Source: Macrostomum hystrix (lineage: Eukaryota > Animalia > Platyhelminthes). From it: DNA of 64,000 nt. The notes under the pieces are model-generated. The model saw nothing but the letters and a program-made list of their open reading frames with translations. It ran no database searches and was not told the origin of the DNA. Position 1 is the first letter of the stretch. Every line of letters begins with the position of its first letter. The DNA lies in NCBI GenBank assembly GCA_950097015.1, contig CATNEN010000004.1, positions 1-64,000 of the forward strand, written 5' to 3'. Shown in pieces: positions 60,110 to 64,000 of this stretch. A program made the position numbers and the translations under genes.

Positions 60110-61098
60110 AGAATATCAAAGAGTATCACAGAATATCAAAGAGTATCACAGAATGTCATGTCACAGAGTATCACAGAATATCAAAGAGTATCACAGAATA
60201 TCAAAGAGTATCACAGAATATCAAAGAGTATAACAGAATGTCATGTCACAGAGTATCACAGAATATCAAAGAGTATCACAGAATATCAAAGAGTATCACA
60301 GAATGTCACAAAGTATCACAGATTATCACAGAATGCCACAGAATGTCACAAAGTATCCCAGATTATCACAGAATGCCACAGAATGTCACAAAGTATCACA
60401 GATTATCACAGAATGCCACAGAATGCCAAAGAGTATCACAGATTATCACAGAATGCCACAGAATGCCACAAAGTATCACAGATTATCACAGAATGCCACA
60501 GAATGTCACAAAGTATCACAGATTATCACAGAATGCCACAGAATGCCACAAAGTATCACAGATTATCACAGAATGCCACAGAATGTCACAAAGTATCACA
60601 GATTATCACAGAATGCCACAGAATGCCACAAAGTATCACAGATTATCACAGAATGCCACAGAATGTCACAAAGTATCACAGAGTATCACAGAATGTCACA
60701 GATTATCACAGAATGCCACAGAATGTCACAAAGTATCCCAGATTATCACAGAATGCCACAGAATGCCACAAAGTATCACAGATTATCACAGAATGCCACA
60801 GAATGCCACAAAGTATCACAGATTATCACAGAATGCCACAGAATGTCACAAAGTATCACAGATTATCACAGAATGCCACAGAATGTCACAAAGTATCACA
60901 GATTATCACAGAATGCCACAGAATGCCACAAAGTATCACAGATTATCACAGAATGCCACAGAATGCCACAAAGTATCACAGATTATCACAGAATGCCACA
61001 GAATGTCACAAAGTATCACAGATTATCACAGAATGCCACAGAATGCCACAAAGTATCACAGATTATCACAGAATGCCACAGAATGCCACAAAGTATCA
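60110..61098 (+). repeat. Minisatellite: 40-nt higher-order unit built from four 10-mers (CACAGATTAT, CACAGAATGC, CACAGAATGY, CACAAAGTAT)
   Basis: The 10-nt subunit and 40-nt period are directly visible. Confidence 0.93.
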
Positions 61099-61640
61099 CA
61101 GATTATCACAGAATGCCATATAATTTTACCGGAATGCTCAGTTGCCTAGCTGCATTTAATTTTGTCCTAGGTAGTCATAGACTGGCAACGTTGTTTTCGG
61201 GATAATTTAGCATGGTGATATACTATCGAAATGCAATAACTCGGTAAGAATTACCAGAATCAAACCAGCATCTGGTCGTCTATTTCAAACCAATCTCACT
61301 CACTCAGTGGATCCAAATAGTTATTAACACGAATTCAGTTAGTACAACAAATTTAGCAATAAAACGTTTTTAATCCTACTGGAAGTAGCAATATTAGCGT
61401 TTTAATTCTAACAAACACTAACAAACACGCCATGCTAGTGCATGCATACGATTAGGTTAAAATGAAATCTTTGGTTTATAGCAAGAATTATGAATAGCCT
61501 AATTATCTATTTTAGAAGAATAATATTATAAAATCCCTTTCTCGTTGCTACCTCAGTTCTCACTAATAAGATTTGCTAGTCAAAGCCAAAAACACAACGA
61601 TTAACGAATCGAGCTTTTCTAGAATCCATTCACCTGCGAA

Positions 61641-63606
61641 TCACAGATTCTCCAGGTAGTTCTCACGCTCCCAGGCCAGCCTCTTAGCTTCATCCTTTGG
61701 CTGTCCGGCTTTGATTTTGTCCAAATCAAACTGGCGCTTGATGGCCGTGTAGAACTCAATCAGCTGCGGCCCCACCGCCTGTGTCATCACCGTGTCAGCC
61801 TCCAGAGCTTCGAGAGCCTCCTCCATGGTGGACGGCAGGCGGCCGGCTTCCCGACTGCCCTCCGGTATCAGGGCCAGCTGACGCTCCAGGCCGTCCAATC
61901 CGGCGGCGAGGGTGGCGGCGGCCACGATGTACGAGTTGGCTGCGGAGCTGGGCATTCGGTTCTCAATGTAGCTGCCGCCTGGACTGGCATCGCTGCCCAG
62001 CTTCACGCGGAATGTGGCATTGCGCGACTGCACCGCCCAGTCGGCATAGTCTGGCGTGAACGGCAGGTGAAGCCGGCGGTAGCAGTTCAAGGTTGGCGAG
62101 GTCAGCGCCGCGATGGCTGGCGAGTGATGGATGAGGCCGGCTAGCCAGTGCCGCATCACGGCCGACATTTTGCGCTCATCGGTCGAGTCGAAGAATGCGT
62201 TTGTGCTCCGATCCAGAGACCACAGCGAATGATTGAAGTGCAGCCCGCTGCCAGCTTCATCGGCGCAGGGCACCGCCATGAATGAGACTATGTAGCCGTG
62301 GTTTGAGGCCACCTGGAAACCAGGTAATTGGGAAACTCGATTTAGAGTGATCAGTTCACTAGTCTGACTGTTTGGAGTGATCAGCTCATTCGTGTGACTG
62401 TTTAGAGTGATCAGTTCACTTGTTTGACTGTTTGGAGTGATCAGTTCACTCGTGGGACTGTTTGGGGTGATCAGTTCACTCGTGGGACTGTTTGGGGTGA
62501 TCAGTTCACTCATGGGACTGTTTGGGGTGATCAGTTCACTCGTGGGACTGTTTGGGGTGATCAGTTCATTCGTGTGACTGATTAGAGTGATCAGTTCATT
62601 CGTGGGACTGTTTGGGGTGATCAGTTCATTCGTGTGACTGTTTAGAGTGATCAGTTCCCTTGTTTGACTGTTTTGAGTGATCGGTTCACTTGTGAGACTG
62701 TTTGGAGTGATCAGTTCATTCGTGGGACTGATTGGAGTGATCAGTTCATTCGTGTGACTATTTGGAGTGATCAGTTCACTAGTGTGACTGTTGGAGTGAT
62801 CAGCTCACTTGTGGGACTGTTTGGAGTGATCAGCTCACTTGTTTGACTGTTTGGAGTGATCAGTTCACTCGTGGGACTGTTTGGGGTGATCAGTTCACTC
62901 GTGGGACTGTTTGGGGTGATCAGTTCATTCGTGTGACTGTTTAGAGTGATCAGTTCACTTGTTTGACTGTTTGGAGTGATCAGTTCACTTGTGAGACTGT
63001 TTGGAGTGATCAGTTCATTCGTAGGACTGTTTGGAGTGATCAGCTCACTAGTCTGACTGTTTGGAGTGATCAGCTCACTAGTCTGACTGTTTGGAGTGAT
63101 CAGCTCACTAGTGTGACTGTTTGGAGTGATCAGCTCACTAGTCTGACTGTTTGGAGTGATCAGCTCACTAGTGTAACTGTTTGGAGTGATCAGCTCACTA
63201 GTCTGACTGTTTGGAGTGATCAGCTCACTTGTGGGACTGTTTGGAGTGATCAGCTCACTTGTGGGACTGTTTGGAGTGATCAGCTCACTTGTGGGACTGT
63301 TTGGAGTGTTTGGTTTTAACCACAACCGCAATCTACTATTTATGTAGTCAATCAAATATGTGTTCCCACCTGTTTGACAATGTCCCTATACAGGAAGCCC
63401 TCGTCAGGTCCGCGGATGCCCCACCGCGGTGCCATGGTGACCTCCATCTGGCCGCAGCCGTACTCCGTGTGCAGCGCCTCAACGGACAGACCGGCCGAAT
63501 GCAGCGCCGAGTGAATGTCCAGCAGCAGTGGCTCGTATTTGTGGGCCAGAATGCTGCAGTAGGGATCCACGCGGCTCTCTTGCCAGGTGTAATCCCCACC
63601 GGCCTC
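61641..63606 (-). CDS. 3' part of a class I glutamine-synthetase-fold protein, lengsin/GSI-gamma-like (exons 63370-~63606 and 61641-62312; upstream exons lie outside the window)
   Basis: EALHTEYGCGQME, GSGLHFNHS, NCYRRL, RNATFR and IENRMP motifs. Junction cag|gtggg...ttccag|gtg is phase 0; the upstream acceptor at 63606 is a best guess. Confidence 0.9.
62340..63305 (+). repeat. Intronic minisatellite, 30-nt unit GACTGTTTGGAGTGATCAGTTCACTCGTGG
   Basis: Fills intron 62313-63369. Confidence 0.95.
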
Positions 63607-63667
63607 CTGCGGATCAGGTTTCATGCGACGGGAACAGTTTGCGGGACGAAATCCTATATAGTCCCGT

Positions 63668-64000
63668 GCCATCCAATCCCATCCCATCCCATCCCATCCC
63701 ATCCCATCCCATCCCATCCCATCCAATCCAATCCCATCCCATGCCATCCAATCCAATCCCATCCAGTCCAACCCCATCCCATCCCATTCAATCCCATCCA
63801 ATCCCATCCAATCCCATCCCATCCAATCCCATTCCATTCCATCTCATCCAATCCCATCCAATCCTATCCAATCCCATCCCATCCAATCCCATTCCATCCC
63901 ATCCAATCCCATTCCATCCCATCCTATTCCATCCCATCCCATCCCATACCATCCCATCCAATCCCATCCCATCCTATCCAATCCCATCCCATCCAATCCC
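63668..64000 (+). repeat. (ATCCC/ATCCA)n pentamer satellite, intronic
   Basis: Direct pentamer periodicity running to the window end. Confidence 0.93.

Noticed and set aside
63668-64000. Telomeric repeat at the window end
   Set aside because: The unit is ATCCC/ATCCA rather than TTAGGG, and it lies in an intron of the GS-like gene.

Overview
This is animal (metazoan) genomic DNA with GC-rich spliced exons and AT-rich introns. Most long introns are filled by their own tandem minisatellite. The style resembles a repeat-rich free-living flatworm such as Macrostomum, but that is inference only. Most long ORFs in the supplied track are artefacts of tandem repeats. Genes reconstructed by hand from GT-AG junctions: the 3' end of an unidentified, possibly prominin-like gene (1-3606, +); dynein axonemal light chain 4 (12945-14242, +); a complete 9-exon TBL1/ebi gene (17187-23928, -); an unidentified gene at about 27.3-28.8 kb (-); two unnamed genes with RFX X-boxes at their starts (44690-52690 and 53899-55844, +); and the 3' part of a lengsin-like class I glutamine-synthetase-fold gene (61641-63606, -). 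A very young Ty3/Gypsy LTR element (45397-49922) has identical 224-nt LTRs and a GTGG target-site duplication, and sits inside a SINE inside an intron. There are several tRNA-derived SINEs and a 13.5-kb 30-nt satellite with a 2558-nt internal duplication. Main discovery: the three apparently separate Rho/Rac-like ORFs at 56.5-59.2 kb join into one 5-exon gene. The apparent stop codons of the first two ORFs lie inside splice donors, and four phase-2 introns keep the frame. The product is a ~704-aa protein with three tandem Rho-family GTPase domains, progressively degenerate and lacking a CAAX box. This model needs two 1-nt insertions in exon 4 to be corrected. Similar single-base insertions in short homopolymers break four unrelated ORFs, which suggests long-read assembly errors.
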